A stretch of 64,000 bases of DNA from Escherichia coli. Lineage in GTDB: Bacteria; Pseudomonadota; Gammaproteobacteria; Enterobacterales; Enterobacteriaceae. The translations under genes and the position numbers were made by a program. How positions within the stretch are numbered: position 1 is the stretch's first letter; every line of letters starts with the position of its first letter. The stretch lies in assembly GCF_044324785.1 (NCBI RefSeq), contig NZ_CP172127.1; one strand, given 5' to 3'. Below the pieces are notes generated by a model. The model saw only the letters and a list, made by a program, of their open reading frames with translations. It was not told where the DNA came from and searched no databases. Positions 17,361-26,477 of the stretch are shown piece by piece.

Positions 17361-17780
17361 GGGCAAATCCAATGTGTGGTGGTTTTGTTATGTCACCCCA
17401 GATGCGAGTAAGAAAAAAATACGATGTTTTTAGTTTTCCATCAATCAGTCCCTGCTGTATCATTCTCACATTTTCAATGCCTGATACATTGATTCCGTTA
17501 ATTATTTTAAATAGTTGAATGTCGCGCCACTCGCGGTCAAGTCTTTTTAATTTTTTGTCTGAATATCCAAAATTGAAATAATGTGCAATAAGCCTCATAA
17601 GGTTACTTTTACCAAAGCTAAAAAATGCTAATACTGCAAAGCTACAAAGGAAAAAAACGATTAGCCCCCACACATTAGTCACATTATAGCTGACCATTAC
17701 GCTCTCCTTGAATGTTGTCTGGTAGTTCTACAAATGAATCCAGATAGCATAACTTTTATATATTGTGCAATCTCACATGC

Positions 17781-18416
17781 ATGAACACTCTCGCAAATAT
17801 TCAGGAACTCGCGCGTGCACTGCGCAACATGATCCGCACCGGTATTATCGTCGAAACCGACCTTAACGCCGGTCGCTGCCGTGTGCAGACCGGCGGCATG
17901 TGCACCGACTGGCTTCAGTGGCTGACCCATCGCGCCGGACGTTCGCGCACATGGTGGGCACCTTCCGTGGGGGAACAGGTGCTGATTCTGGCCGTGGGCG
18001 GTGAACTCGACACGGCGTTCGTTCTGCCGGGGATTTATTCCGGCGATAACCCCGCGCCGTCTGCGTCGGCGGATGCCCTGCATATCCGTTTCCCTGACGG
18101 GGCGGTGATTGAGTATGAACCTGAAACCAGTGCGCTCACGGTAAGCGGAGTTAAAACGGCCAGCGTGATGGCTTCTGATTCTGTTACTGCCACGGTGCCG
18201 GTGGTTATGGTGAAAGCATCAACCCGCATCACCCTGGACACACCGGAAGTGGTCTGCACCAACAAACTGACTACCGGCACGCTGGAAGTGCAGAAGGGCG
18301 GGACGATGCGCGGCAACATTGAACACACCGGCGGTGAACTCTCATCAAACGGTAAGGTACTGCATACCCATAAACACCCCGGCGACAGCGGCGGCACAAC
18401 CGGGAGTCCTTTATGA
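17781..18416 (+). CDS. V: Baseplate spike/assembly protein gpV (211 aa)
   Basis: ORF track starts at 17763. Trimmed to MNTLANIQELARALRN. Confidence 0.9.
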   Translation: MNTLANIQELARALRNMIRTGIIVETDLNAGRCRVQTGGMCTDWLQWLTHRAGRSRTWWAPSVGEQVLILAVGGELDTAFVLPGIYSGDNPAPSASADALHIRFPDGAVIEYEPETSALTVSGVKTASVMASDSVTATVPVVMVKASTRITLDTPEVVCTNKLTTGTLEVQKGGTMRGNIEHTGGELSSNGKVLHTHKHPGDSGGTTGSPL

Positions 18417-18760
18417 CAGCGCGTTATCTCGGAATGAATCGCAGTGATGGCCTGACTGTCACTGACCTTGAGCATATCAGCCAGAGTATCGGCGATATCC
18501 TGCGCACACCGGTCGGCTCACGGGTGATGCGTCGTGATTACGGCTCGTTGCTGGCATCAATGATTGACCAGCCGCAGACCCCGGCGCTTGAGTTGCAGAT
18601 TAAGGTCGCCTGTTACATGGCGGTGCTGAAATGGGAACCCCGCGTCACCCTGTCATCCGTCACCACTGAGCGCAGTTTTGACGGGCGAATGACGGTCACG
18701 TTAACCGGCCAGCACAACGACACCGGCCAGCCACTTTCATTAACCATCCCTGTGAGTTGA
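18413..18760 (+). CDS. W: Baseplate protein gpW (115 aa)
   Basis: Position and size. Overlaps the V stop. Confidence 0.9.
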   Translation: MTARYLGMNRSDGLTVTDLEHISQSIGDILRTPVGSRVMRRDYGSLLASMIDQPQTPALELQIKVACYMAVLKWEPRVTLSSVTTERSFDGRMTVTLTGQHNDTGQPLSLTIPVS

Positions 18761-18764
18761 AACC

Positions 18765-19673
18765 ATGCCGATTATCGACCTGAACCAGCTACCCGCACCG
18801 GATGTGGTCGAGGAGCTGGACTTTGAAAGCATTCTCGCTGAACGCAAGGCGACACTGATTTCCCTTTACCCGGAAGATCAGCAGGAGGCGGTCGCCCGTA
18901 CCCTGACACTGGAATCTGAGCCTCTCGTCAAACTGCTGGAAGAAAATGCTTATCGTGAGCTTATCTGGCGTCAGCGTGTGAATGAGGCCGCACGGGCGGT
19001 GATGCTGGCCTGTGCCGCCGGTAATGACCTTGATGTGATTGGTGCCAATTACAACACCACGCGCCTGACTATCACCCCGGCAGATGATTCGACCATTCCG
19101 CCGACACCGGCAGTGATGGAATCTGACACCGATTATCGGCTGCGTATTCAGCAGGCGTTTGAAGGTTTAAGCGTCGCCGGGTCGGTGGGTGCCTATCAGT
19201 ATCATGGCCGCAGTGCCGACGGGCGTGTCGCGGATATCTCTGTCACCAGTCCGTCTCCGGCCTGCGTCACTATCTCTGTGCTGTCACGTGAAAATAACGG
19301 CGTCGCATCCGAAGACCTGCTGGCTGTGGTGCGTAACGCCCTTAATGGCGAGGACGTCAGGCCGGTGGCCGACCGCGTGACCGTGCAGTCTGCCGCCATC
19401 GTTGAATACCAGATAAACGCCACGCTTTACCTTTACCCTGGTCCCGAAAGCGAACCCATCCGCGCTGCCGCTGTGAAAAAGCTGGAAGCGTATATCACGG
19501 CACAGCACAGGCTGGGGCGCGACATCCGTCTGTCTGCCATTTATGCCGCTTTGCATGTGGAAGGTGTGCAGCGTGTCGAACTGGCTGCACCACTGGCCGA
19601 CATCGTGCTCAACAGTACGCAGGCGTCTTTCTGTACCGAATACCGCGTCGTGACCGGAGGCTCGGATGAGTGA
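18765..19673 (+). CDS. J: Baseplate protein gpJ (302 aa)
   Basis: Position and size. Confidence 0.9.
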   Translation: MPIIDLNQLPAPDVVEELDFESILAERKATLISLYPEDQQEAVARTLTLESEPLVKLLEENAYRELIWRQRVNEAARAVMLACAAGNDLDVIGANYNTTRLTITPADDSTIPPTPAVMESDTDYRLRIQQAFEGLSVAGSVGAYQYHGRSADGRVADISVTSPSPACVTISVLSRENNGVASEDLLAVVRNALNGEDVRPVADRVTVQSAAIVEYQINATLYLYPGPESEPIRAAAVKKLEAYITAQHRLGRDIRLSAIYAALHVEGVQRVELAAPLADIVLNSTQASFCTEYRVVTGGSDE

Positions 19674-20196
19674 TTCGCGACTGCTGCCGACCGGCTCATC
19701 ACCGCTTGAGGTCGCCGCCGCAAAAGCCTGTGCGGAAATTGAAAAAACGCCGGTCAGTATTCGTGAGCTGTGGAACCCGGACACCTGTCCGGCAAATCTG
19801 CTGCCGTGGCTGGCGTGGGCGTTTTCGGTCGACAGGTGGGATGAAAAGTGGCCGGAAGCGACAAAACGCGCCGTTATCCGCGATGCGTATTTCATCCACT
19901 GTCATAAAGGCACAATAGGTGCAATCCGGCGTGTGGTGGAGCCGCTCGGCTATCTCATCAACGTGACGGAGTGGTGGGAAAACAGTGACCCGCCCGGCAC
20001 CTTCCGGCTTGATATTGGTGTACTGGAAAGCGGCATCACAGAGGCAATGTATCAGGAAATGGAACGGCTGATTGCTGATGCCAAACCTGCAAGCCGCCAC
20101 CTTATTGGCCTGAACATTACCCGGGACATTCCCGGCTACCTGTTCGCCGGTGGTGTGGCTTACGACGGCGATGTAATTACGGTTTACCCCGGATAA
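19666..20196 (+). CDS. I: Baseplate/tail fibre attachment protein gpI (176 aa)
   Basis: Position and size. Overlaps the J stop. Confidence 0.9.
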   Translation: MSDSRLLPTGSSPLEVAAAKACAEIEKTPVSIRELWNPDTCPANLLPWLAWAFSVDRWDEKWPEATKRAVIRDAYFIHCHKGTIGAIRRVVEPLGYLINVTEWWENSDPPGTFRLDIGVLESGITEAMYQEMERLIADAKPASRHLIGLNITRDIPGYLFAGGVAYDGDVITVYPG

Positions 20197-20206
20197 GTGA
20201 GGAATA

Positions 20207-22525
20207 ATGAGCACAAAATTCAGAACCGTTATCACCACTGCCGGTGCAGCAAAGCTGGCAGCGGCAACCGCACCGGGAGGGCGGAAGGTCAACATTACCA
20301 CGATGGCCGTCGGGGATGGCGGTGGTAAATTGCCTGTCCCGGATGCCGGACAGACCGGGCTTATCCACGAAGTCTGGCGACATGCGCTGAACAAAATCAG
20401 CCAGGACAAACGAAACAGTAATTATATTATCGCAGAGCTGGTTATTCCGCCGGAGGTGGGCGGTTTCTGGATGCGTGAGCTTGGCCTGTACGATGATGCG
20501 GGAACGTTAATTGCTGTGGCGAACATGGCCGAAAGTTATAAGCCAGCTCTCGCCGAAGGCTCAGGGCGTTCGCAGACCTGTCGCATGGTCATCATCGTCA
20601 GCAGTGTGGCCTCAGTGGAGCTGACCATTGACACCACAACAGTGATGGCGACGCAGGATTACGTTGATGACAAAATTGCAGAGCACGAACAGTCACGACG
20701 TCACCCGGACGCCTCGCTGACCGCCAAAGGTTTTACTCAGTTAAGCAGTGCGACCAACAGCACGTCTGAAACACTGGCCGCAACGCCGAAAGCGGTAAAG
20801 GCCGCGTATGACCTTGCTAACGGGAAATATACTGCGCAGGATGCCACCACAGCGCGAAAAGGTCTTGTCCAGCTCAGTAGTGCCACCAACAGCACGTCTG
20901 AAACGCTCGCTGCAACACCAAAAGCGGTAAAAGCAGCATATGACCTGGCTAACGGGAAATATACCGCACAGGACGCCACCACCGCGCGAAAAGGCCTTGT
21001 CCAGCTAAGTAGCGTCACCAACAGCGATTCTGAAACGCTTGCGGCAACGCCAAAGGCGGTTAAGACAGCGTATGACCTTGCTAACGGGAAATACACTGCA
21101 CAGGATGCCACCACAGCGCGAAAAGGGCTTGTCCAGCTCAGTAGCGCCACCAACAGTGATTCTGAAACCCTCGCGGCAACGCCAAAAGCAGTGAAGTCTG
21201 CCTATGACAATGCTGAAAAACGTCTTCAGAAAGATCAGAACGGTGCGGATATTCCGGGAAAGGATACCTTCACGAAAAATATCGGTGCCTGTCGTGCTTA
21301 TAGCGGCGCTTTGAGCACTGAAGCCGGAAACTGGACAACCGCTCAGTTTATTGAATGGCTGGATTCCCGTGGTGCATTTAATCATCCGTACTGGATGTGC
21401 AAAGGCTCCTGGTCATATGCAAATAACAAAATCATTACGGATACCGGATGTGGTGATATCCACCTGGCTGGTTGTGTCGTCGAGGTCATGGGAACTAAAT
21501 CTGCAATCACTATCCGAGTGACCACGCCGACAACATCAAGCGGTGGCGGTACAACCAGCGCGCAATTCACTTACATTAATCATGGGGACGGCTACTCCCC
21601 CGGCTGGCGTCGTGACTGGAATCGTCAGGGCGACGCAATGACCGGAACGATTAATCAGGATGGCGGAAGCCAGAATGCCTATATGTCTACGGCCTTATGT
21701 TCAGGCACCAGAGGCGGCAAAAAATATCTCAGAAAGTTTCGTGGTGGAGAAGGAGACACTATCTGGCATGAAACAGTACAGGGCGGGGTAGTTCGCTGGG
21801 CGACTGGTAATACTGATGCTCAGGAAGAATTATCACTCAGCTCCGCTTATGGTCTCCGTTCAAGAGGTGAGATTACATCAAGCAGTGCTAATGGTCTGCG
21901 CATTGCTTATGGCAATTATGGATTCTTTATCAGGAATGATGGCAGCAGCACTTATTTTATGTTGACTAAATCAGGTGACAGATTAGGCACTTATAATAAT
22001 TTAAGACCACTGATTATAAATGATGCCACGGGTGCTGTATCAATGGGGCATGGCCTGAGTGTTACTGGTGATATTGCCTCAAGTACCAAAGTACGTGCCG
22101 GTAGCGGGAAAAAATTCACGGTCAGCAGCAGTAATACATCCACGAAGGAAGCCGCATTCAATTTGTGGGGAAACTCAAGTCGTCCGGTGGTGGCTGAATT
22201 AGGTGATGATGCAGGCTGGCATTTTTACAGTCAGAGAAATACAGATAACAGCATCACTTTTGCTGTTAACGGGCAGGTATCACCATCTAACTATAGTAAT
22301 TTTGATTCACGCTATGTCCGGGATATCCGGCTTGGTGGTGCTGCCACATACAAACCTGCGAACAATGGCATGACATGGACACATCAGGCACCGTCCGGGT
22401 GTGTATATTCCGGCATTATTGTTCAGGATACCGGCTCAAACTCTGCCGATAACATTGGTGGCGTATATTACAGACCGGTGCAGAAATACATTAACGGGAC
22501 ATGGTATAACGTGGCACAGGTATAA
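20207..22525 (+). CDS. H: Tail fibre protein gpH (772 aa) with internal tandem repeats and divergent distal half
   Basis: Conserved N-terminus MSTKFRTVITTAGAAKLAAA, then a repeat block, then an AT-richer C-terminal half. Confidence 0.85.
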   Translation: MSTKFRTVITTAGAAKLAAATAPGGRKVNITTMAVGDGGGKLPVPDAGQTGLIHEVWRHALNKISQDKRNSNYIIAELVIPPEVGGFWMRELGLYDDAGTLIAVANMAESYKPALAEGSGRSQTCRMVIIVSSVASVELTIDTTTVMATQDYVDDKIAEHEQSRRHPDASLTAKGFTQLSSATNSTSETLAATPKAVKAAYDLANGKYTAQDATTARKGLVQLSSATNSTSETLAATPKAVKAAYDLANGKYTAQDATTARKGLVQLSSVTNSDSETLAATPKAVKTAYDLANGKYTAQDATTARKGLVQLSSATNSDSETLAATPKAVKSAYDNAEKRLQKDQNGADIPGKDTFTKNIGACRAYSGALSTEAGNWTTAQFIEWLDSRGAFNHPYWMCKGSWSYANNKIITDTGCGDIHLAGCVVEVMGTKSAITIRVTTPTTSSGGGTTSAQFTYINHGDGYSPGWRRDWNRQGDAMTGTINQDGGSQNAYMSTALCSGTRGGKKYLRKFRGGEGDTIWHETVQGGVVRWATGNTDAQEELSLSSAYGLRSRGEITSSSANGLRIAYGNYGFFIRNDGSSTYFMLTKSGDRLGTYNNLRPLIINDATGAVSMGHGLSVTGDIASSTKVRAGSGKKFTVSSSNTSTKEAAFNLWGNSSRPVVAELGDDAGWHFYSQRNTDNSITFAVNGQVSPSNYSNFDSRYVRDIRLGGAATYKPANNGMTWTHQAPSGCVYSGIIVQDTGSNSADNIGGVYYRPVQKYINGTWYNVAQV
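20726..21225 (+). repeat. About 3.8 tandem copies of a 132-bp (44-aa) unit inside H
   Basis: Peptide unit QLSSATNS(T/D)SETLAATPKAVKAAYDLANGKYTAQDATTARKGLV recurs with Q codons at 20738, 20870, 21002 and 21134. Confidence 0.9.
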
Positions 22526-22528
22526 TTT

Positions 22529-23056
22529 ATGCAGCATTTGATAAATATAACCGCGGGTAATCCAAAAACGGTTGAACAATATCAATTGACAAAGGACTTT
22601 GATGTTGTCTGGTTTTTTACAGAAGATGGTAAGAACTGGTACGAAGAACAAAAGTATTTTGCTGATGACACGATAAAAATAGCGTACGACAAGGATAATA
22701 TTATCCGCTATGTGGAAAAAGATGTGACAGCTATCAGACCAGATGGATTAAGTGTGGTTGAAGTGGCGGATATTACTGCTAACCGACGGGCGGACATTTC
22801 AGGGAACTGGATGTTTAAGGACGGCAAAGTGATTAAACGCATTTATACGGCAGAGGAATTGCAGCAGCAGGCAGAAAACCGGAAAGCCAGACTTCTTGCA
22901 GATGCTGAATCCGTGATTTTGCCACTGGAGCGCGCTGTCAGGCTGAACATGGCAACAGATGAGGAGCGTAGCCGACTGGAAGCATGGGAACGCTACAGTG
23001 TTCTGGTCAGCCGTGTGGATCCTGCAAATCCTGAATGGCCGGAAATGCCGCAATAA
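22529..23056 (+). CDS. G: Tail fibre assembly chaperone gpG (175 aa)
   Basis: Immediately downstream of H. AT-rich like the distal part of H. Confidence 0.8.
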   Translation: MQHLINITAGNPKTVEQYQLTKDFDVVWFFTEDGKNWYEEQKYFADDTIKIAYDKDNIIRYVEKDVTAIRPDGLSVVEVADITANRRADISGNWMFKDGKVIKRIYTAEELQQQAENRKARLLADAESVILPLERAVRLNMATDEERSRLEAWERYSVLVSRVDPANPEWPEMPQ

Positions 23057-23381
23057 GTGATATGATCTCTTGTGTTAGTTAACATAGCTATAGTACAGAG
23101 TAAGGCCTAATCTGACAGTCCGCTCTGTGCTAGGAGCGGACATTATCAACATCATGCTATGTTAATGTATAAAGTGAAGATAAATTGATATAATAAGGCC
23201 ACCATGAATATTTCAGAACCTTGTCAAAAGGTTTGCACATACTCTAGTCTTGCAATGTGTAGTTGATAGTTCCACTGAGGAGGTTCTTCGACATTCTTTA
23301 TAAAAATGTACATTTTCATCAATAATAAGAGGTAAAAGGGCTTTAATGGTTTTTTGTGGATGTTATTTCTACTCATAAATT

Positions 23382-23410
23382 TTGAGATAAGTATTGAGTT
23401 GAGATAAAAT
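23382..23410 (+). promoter_or_regulatory. Putative sigma70 promoter for the 175-aa cargo gene
   Basis: -35 TTGAGA at 23382..23387, 17-bp spacer, -10 TAAAAT at 23405..23410. AAGGA Shine-Dalgarno about 8 nt before the ATG at 23446. Confidence 0.4.
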
Positions 23411-23445
23411 TAAACTCGTTAAATTCACCTTTAAAAGGATAAAGC

Positions 23446-23973
23446 ATGGACTGGAAAGATCTTGCATCAACCGCTGTGTATACAGGTATGACTGATGAAA
23501 ATGAAAGCATATGGGAACGTGTTGATGGGGTTGACGTTGCCTTCATAGGTGCCTTTCTTACTGCGCACTTGAGCCTTGAAAAGTATATTACTGATTATCT
23601 TGGATTAAGATATCCTTCGTTAGCTTGGGGTGATGCAAAACTCACATTTTCACAAAAAATAGCTTTAATACAACATGAGCCTGCAACCCCCCCTTATGAT
23701 GAAATATATTTAAGAATAAAAGACTTTAACAGCATAAGAAATAAAATCAGTCATCAATTGAATTATCAGATTACGGATAAAGAAAAAAGTAAGTTTGTGG
23801 ACTTCTACATGAAGATTACTAAAGCCAGTAAAACTAAACCAAATATTGATATTGATAACATGGCAGATTTGTTGGATTTTTTCGTATCGATGACAAAATC
23901 CTATTTTGCTAGTGCTATTTCTTGTTATCACTATAATAAAAAGGTTGCAGGTAAAAGTAATAAAATTGATTAA
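23446..23973 (+). CDS. Hypothetical cargo protein (175 aa) with Rx4H HEPN-like motif
   Basis: Very AT-rich gene in the G-to-FI gap, where P2 carries Z/fun. Motif IRNKISH (R-x4-H) in the middle of the protein. Good Shine-Dalgarno. Confidence 0.55.
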   Translation: MDWKDLASTAVYTGMTDENESIWERVDGVDVAFIGAFLTAHLSLEKYITDYLGLRYPSLAWGDAKLTFSQKIALIQHEPATPPYDEIYLRIKDFNSIRNKISHQLNYQITDKEKSKFVDFYMKITKASKTKPNIDIDNMADLLDFFVSMTKSYFASAISCYHYNKKVAGKSNKID

Positions 23974-24271
23974 TAAAACTGGACTTAGGGATAATTAATA
24001 TATAGACGTTCTATCATTTTTAGAGTGTGCGGCAGCTCCATACATTCATGCGGATGTCAGCACCTCGCTCAAAGCAGACAGTCAGATTTGATAGCGTTTG
24101 GACTATGTAAATAGTCAGTTGGAAAATGAGTGAGTACAAATCAGGACAGGCGGGCGAATTGCCCGCCTTTTCTTTATCTGTTGTTTCATCCACTGACCAG
24201 CCAGGTCAAATAGCGTCTCATGCTCTGCCCAACAGAAAATAGTTGCACCCATTAACCACGGAGTTAAACGG

Positions 24272-25462
24272 ATGAGTGACTATCATCACGGCGTGCAGGT
24301 GCTGGAGATTAACGACGGCACCCGCGTCATTTCCACCGTATCCACGGCCATTGTCGGCATGGTCTGCACGGCCAGCGATGCGGATGCGGAAACCTTCCCC
24401 CTCAATAAACCGGTGCTGATTACCAATGTGCAGAGCGCAATTGCAAAGGCTGGTAAAAAAGGCACGCTGGCGGCATCGTTGCAGGCCATCGCCGACCAGT
24501 CAAAACCGGTCACCGTTGTCGTGCGTGTGGAAGACGGCACCGGCGACGACGAGGAAACGAAACTCGCGCAGACCGTTTCCAATATCATCGGCACCACCGA
24601 CGAAAACGGTCAGTACACCGGACTGAAAGCCCTGCTGGCGGCGGAGTCGGTAACCGGTGTTAAACCGCGTATTCTCGGCGTGCCGGGACTGGACACCAAA
24701 GAGGTGGCTGTTGCACTGGCATCAGTCTGTCAGAAGCTGCGCGCTTTCGGGTATATCAGCGCATGGGGCTGTAAAACTATTTCCGAGGTGAAAGCCTACC
24801 GCCAGAATTTCAGCCAGCGTGAGTTGATGGTCATCTGGCCGGATTTCCTCGCATGGGATACGGTCACCAGTACCACCGCCACCGCGTATGCCACCGCCCG
24901 TGCGCTGGGTCTGCGCGCTAAAATCGACCAGGAGCAGGGCTGGCATAAAACACTGTCCAACGTTGGGGTGAACGGTGTTACCGGCATCAGCGCCTCTGTA
25001 TTCTGGGATTTGCAGGAGTCCGGCACCGATGCTGACCTGCTTAATGAGTCAGGCGTCACTACGCTGATTCGCCGCGACGGTTTCCGCTTCTGGGGTAACC
25101 GTACCTGCTCTGATGATCCGCTGTTCCTCTTTGAAAACTACACCCGCACCGCGCAGGTGCTGGCCGACACGATGGCTGAGGCGCACATGTGGGCGGTGGA
25201 CAAGCCCATCACCGCAACGCTGATTCGCGACATCGTTGACGGCATCAATGCCAAATTCCGTGAGCTGAAAACAAACGGCTATATCGTGGATGCGACCTGC
25301 TGGTTCAGCGAAGAATCCAACGATGCGGAAACCCTCAAGGCCGGAAAACTGTATATCGACTACGACTATACACCGGTGCCTCCTCTCGAAAACCTGACCC
25401 TGCGCCAGCGTATTACCGATAAATACCTGGCAAATCTGGTCACCTCGGTTAACAGCAATTAA
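24272..25462 (+). CDS. FI: Tail sheath protein gpFI (396 aa)
   Basis: Size and position. Confidence 0.9.
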   Translation: MSDYHHGVQVLEINDGTRVISTVSTAIVGMVCTASDADAETFPLNKPVLITNVQSAIAKAGKKGTLAASLQAIADQSKPVTVVVRVEDGTGDDEETKLAQTVSNIIGTTDENGQYTGLKALLAAESVTGVKPRILGVPGLDTKEVAVALASVCQKLRAFGYISAWGCKTISEVKAYRQNFSQRELMVIWPDFLAWDTVTSTTATAYATARALGLRAKIDQEQGWHKTLSNVGVNGVTGISASVFWDLQESGTDADLLNESGVTTLIRRDGFRFWGNRTCSDDPLFLFENYTRTAQVLADTMAEAHMWAVDKPITATLIRDIVDGINAKFRELKTNGYIVDATCWFSEESNDAETLKAGKLYIDYDYTPVPPLENLTLRQRITDKYLANLVTSVNSN

Positions 25463-25474
25463 GGAGCCTGACCG

Positions 25475-25993
25475 ATGGCAATGCCGCGCAAACTCAAGTT
25501 AATGAACGTCTTTCTGAACGGCTACAGCTATCAGGGCGTTGCAAAGTCCGTCACGCTGCCAAAACTGACCCGTAAGCTCGAAAACTATCGCGGTGCGGGG
25601 ATGAACGGCAGCGCACCGGTAGACCTCGGCCTTGATGACGATGCGCTGTCAATGGAGTGGTCGCTCGGTGGTTTCCCGGATTCGGTTATCTGGGAGCTTT
25701 ACGCAGCAACCGGTGTGGATGCCGTGCCGATTCGTTTTGCAGGCTCTTACCAGCGCGACGATACCGGCGAAACGGTGGCCGTCGAGGTAGTCATGCGTGG
25801 ACGTCAGAAAGAAATCGACACCGGAGAGGGTAAACAGGGAGAAGACACCGAGTCGAAAATCTCCGTGGTCTGCACCTATTTCCGGCTGACGATGGACGGT
25901 AAGGAGCTGGTCGAAATCGACACCATCAACATGATTGAGAAGGTGAACGGCGTCGACCGGCTGGAGCAACACCGCCGCAATATCGGCCTGTGA
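25475..25993 (+). CDS. FII: Tail tube protein gpFII (172 aa)
   Basis: Size and position. Confidence 0.9.
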   Translation: MAMPRKLKLMNVFLNGYSYQGVAKSVTLPKLTRKLENYRGAGMNGSAPVDLGLDDDALSMEWSLGGFPDSVIWELYAATGVDAVPIRFAGSYQRDDTGETVAVEVVMRGRQKEIDTGEGKQGEDTESKISVVCTYFRLTMDGKELVEIDTINMIEKVNGVDRLEQHRRNIGL

Positions 25994-26049
25994 TTTTCAT
26001 CCGGTCAGCCAGGCTGACCGGTTAACCCTGATTCAGAAGTGAGAAAACC

Positions 26050-26325
26050 ATGAACAAAGAAAATGTGATTACCCTGGACAATCCGGTCAAGCGTGGTGAG
26101 CAGGTTATCGAACAGGTCACGCTGATGAAACCCAATGCCGGGACGCTGCGCGGTGTCAGTCTGGCTGCGGTCGCGAACTCCGAAGTCGATGCACTGATTA
26201 AAGTGCTGCCGCGCATGACGGCACCGATGCTGACCGAACAGGAGGTCGCCGCGCTGGAACTGCCTGACCTTGTGGCGCTGGCCGGTAAGGTGGTCGGTTT
26301 TTTGTCGCCGAACTCGGTGCAGTGA
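26050..26325 (+). CDS. E: Tail assembly chaperone gpE (91 aa)
   Basis: Position between FII and T. Ends ...KVVGFLSPNSVQ. Confidence 0.85.
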   Translation: MNKENVITLDNPVKRGEQVIEQVTLMKPNAGTLRGVSLAAVANSEVDALIKVLPRMTAPMLTEQEVAALELPDLVALAGKVVGFLSPNSVQ

Positions 26326-26477
26326 CGTTTCCGAAAAATCTCTCGGTCGATGACCTGATGGCGGATGTGGCAGTGATATTTCACTGGCCGCCATCAGAAC
26401 TGTATCCCATGAGCCTGACCGAACTCATCACATGGCGCGAAAAGGCGCTCCGGCGAAGCGGAAACACGAATGAGTAA
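26050..26477 (+). CDS. E': gpE+E' product of programmed -1 frameshift (about 142 aa)
   Basis: Slippery T-run GGTTTTTTG at about 26296..26304 near the end of E. The -1 frame stays open to TAA at 26475..26477, overlapping the T start. Matches the known P2 E/E' arrangement. Confidence 0.6.

Larger units (their letters stand above)
16041..17371 (+). mobile_element. IS2: IS2 (IS3 family), 1331 bp, intact
   Basis: Left end TAGACTGGCCCCCTGAATCTCC and right end ...GGGGCAAATCCA. Exact 1331-bp length. Flanked by 5-bp direct repeats ATGTG at 16036..16040 and 17372..17376. Confidence 0.95.
15576..17697 (-). pseudogene. Cargo membrane-protein gene (reconstructed 261 aa) interrupted by IS2
   Basis: Minus-strand ORFs 17200..17697 and 15576..16121 are in the same frame once IS2 and one target-duplication copy (1336 bp) are removed. 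N-terminal hydrophobic helix WGLIVFFLCSFAVLAFFSF and second helix IIVILASIFYILLACY. AT-rich. Confidence 0.6.

Noticed and set aside
20737-21385. Minus-strand ORFs of 138 and 126 aa inside tail fibre gene H
   Set aside because: They lie antisense to the 132-bp tandem repeat block. The open frames are a by-product of the repeats and overlap a well-supported gene.
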